A stretch of 63,423 bases of DNA, filler included, from Choristocarpus tenellus KU-1152 (Eukaryota > Protista > Phaeophyceae): assembly GCA_964200185.2 (NCBI GenBank). It is 10 parts of 10 records of this genome, joined end to end, with 100 filler letters (N's around TTAATTAATTAA, not from the genome) between each part and the next. Parts side by side here need not be neighbours in the genome. Positions count along the whole stretch, not along the records: positions 56,568 to 63,423 come from CAXNAD020007210.1; 9 more parts are not named here. One strand, given 5' to 3'. Under the pieces are notes generated by a model. It was not told the DNA's origin and ran no database searches. It saw only the letters and a list, made by a program, of their open reading frames with translations. Below are positions 62,571 through 63,423 of this stretch, one piece after another. Both the position numbers and the translations under genes were made by a program. The stretch's first letter is position 1; every line of letters begins with the position of its first letter.

Positions 62571-63423
62571 CTAAAAATTAGCGAGCAGAATGACAAAGGA
62601 CAAGGAGTGGTATAGCATGTGAGTACCACTGGGGTAGCTACAAAGAACACCCAGGCAGAATACCCAGCCTAAACGCACTAGAACCCAATAGCTGGTACAT
62701 GCCACAACTAACACTGGGAAACGGGGGAGAAGTACAAGAAAAACTCAGTATCACACTCTGTCCATCCAATTTTGAACACCACTCAAAATGTATCACTAGG
62801 ATGAAGGAACGCAAGAATGAAATAAAAAAAGAAAATGAGAAAAGCAACATTCAGCAGACAGTGGTGAGTATGCATGCGCTCTGATCTGCTTGGTTAACTA
62901 AGCATCACGTGCATCAGCTATCGCACCGCAATGTCCACTATGTGAACCTCCACTCCCATCATGATCAATTTATCCTGCTCACTATCGGATTTGGCAAACG
63001 GGAACGCACCCATCACGTGATATTCCTACAACAATACCCTTGTGAGGATTGGGTGTGACAGTAACGAGCCGGCTGAAACGGAGATTCTTTATCATGGTGC
63101 CTTCAACGTAAAAAAATTGTCCATCCTGCTTGTAGCTCTGGCCTGAAATCTGGATTTATATAATGTCTGCAGCCCTCTAGGGAGGTGGAAGGCACATGGT
63201 TTCCATCTTCAACACACAGGCGTCCAGCCGAAATGTCCTCGCCACCTTCAAAATCGCTGCCATCACCCAGACCAGACTTCCTTCGGTCTTAGACACAATG
63301 TCCGCATAGTCAGTATAGAGCATACCTCACAGGCATGGCTCAAGTGTTACCCCACCCCCTGTCCCTCCTCCTCCCCTGACTCGGTTATTCACTTCTTGAC
63401 AGTAAGGTTCTCAGAGATGACAG

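Overview
Eukaryotic, intron-rich, repeat-rich genomic DNA. The intron style, TTAGGG repeats and TE families suggest a stramenopile, probably a brown alga (inference only). I reconstructed spliced genes by hand from GT-AG boundaries with consistent phases: (1) the 3' part of a glycosyltransferase family 90 (CAP10/KDELC/POGLUT-like) gene, + strand, 11 exons, 138-11258; (2) a complete ZUP1/ZUFSP-family (peptidase C78) deubiquitinase gene, - strand, 5 exons, 19001-12856, about 844 aa, whose N-terminus carries four RanBP2/NZF-type zinc fingers instead of the C2H2/UBZ/MIU module of animal ZUP1; (3) a probable two-exon gene of unknown function with degenerate EF-hand-like segments, 21337-22670 (+); (4) the 3' part of an Amun-like helix-hairpin-helix DNA-glycosylase-fold gene, - strand, 5 exons, 62570-58403. 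The interval ~23-58 kb is mostly transposon debris: an internally deleted pogo/Tigger element with intact TIRs and a PHD-like finger, two abundant MITE families sharing one TIR core, and mariner, Gypsy, non-LTR and MULE/SWIM relics. It also holds an interstitial telomeric tract and long inverted repeats. Nine 100-nt N gaps contain an artificial TTAATTAATTAA linker, so adjacency across them is unproven. I found no clearly new multi-gene system; the NZF-ZUP1 architecture and the transposon features are the best leads. All family assignments come from motif recognition, not from database searches.
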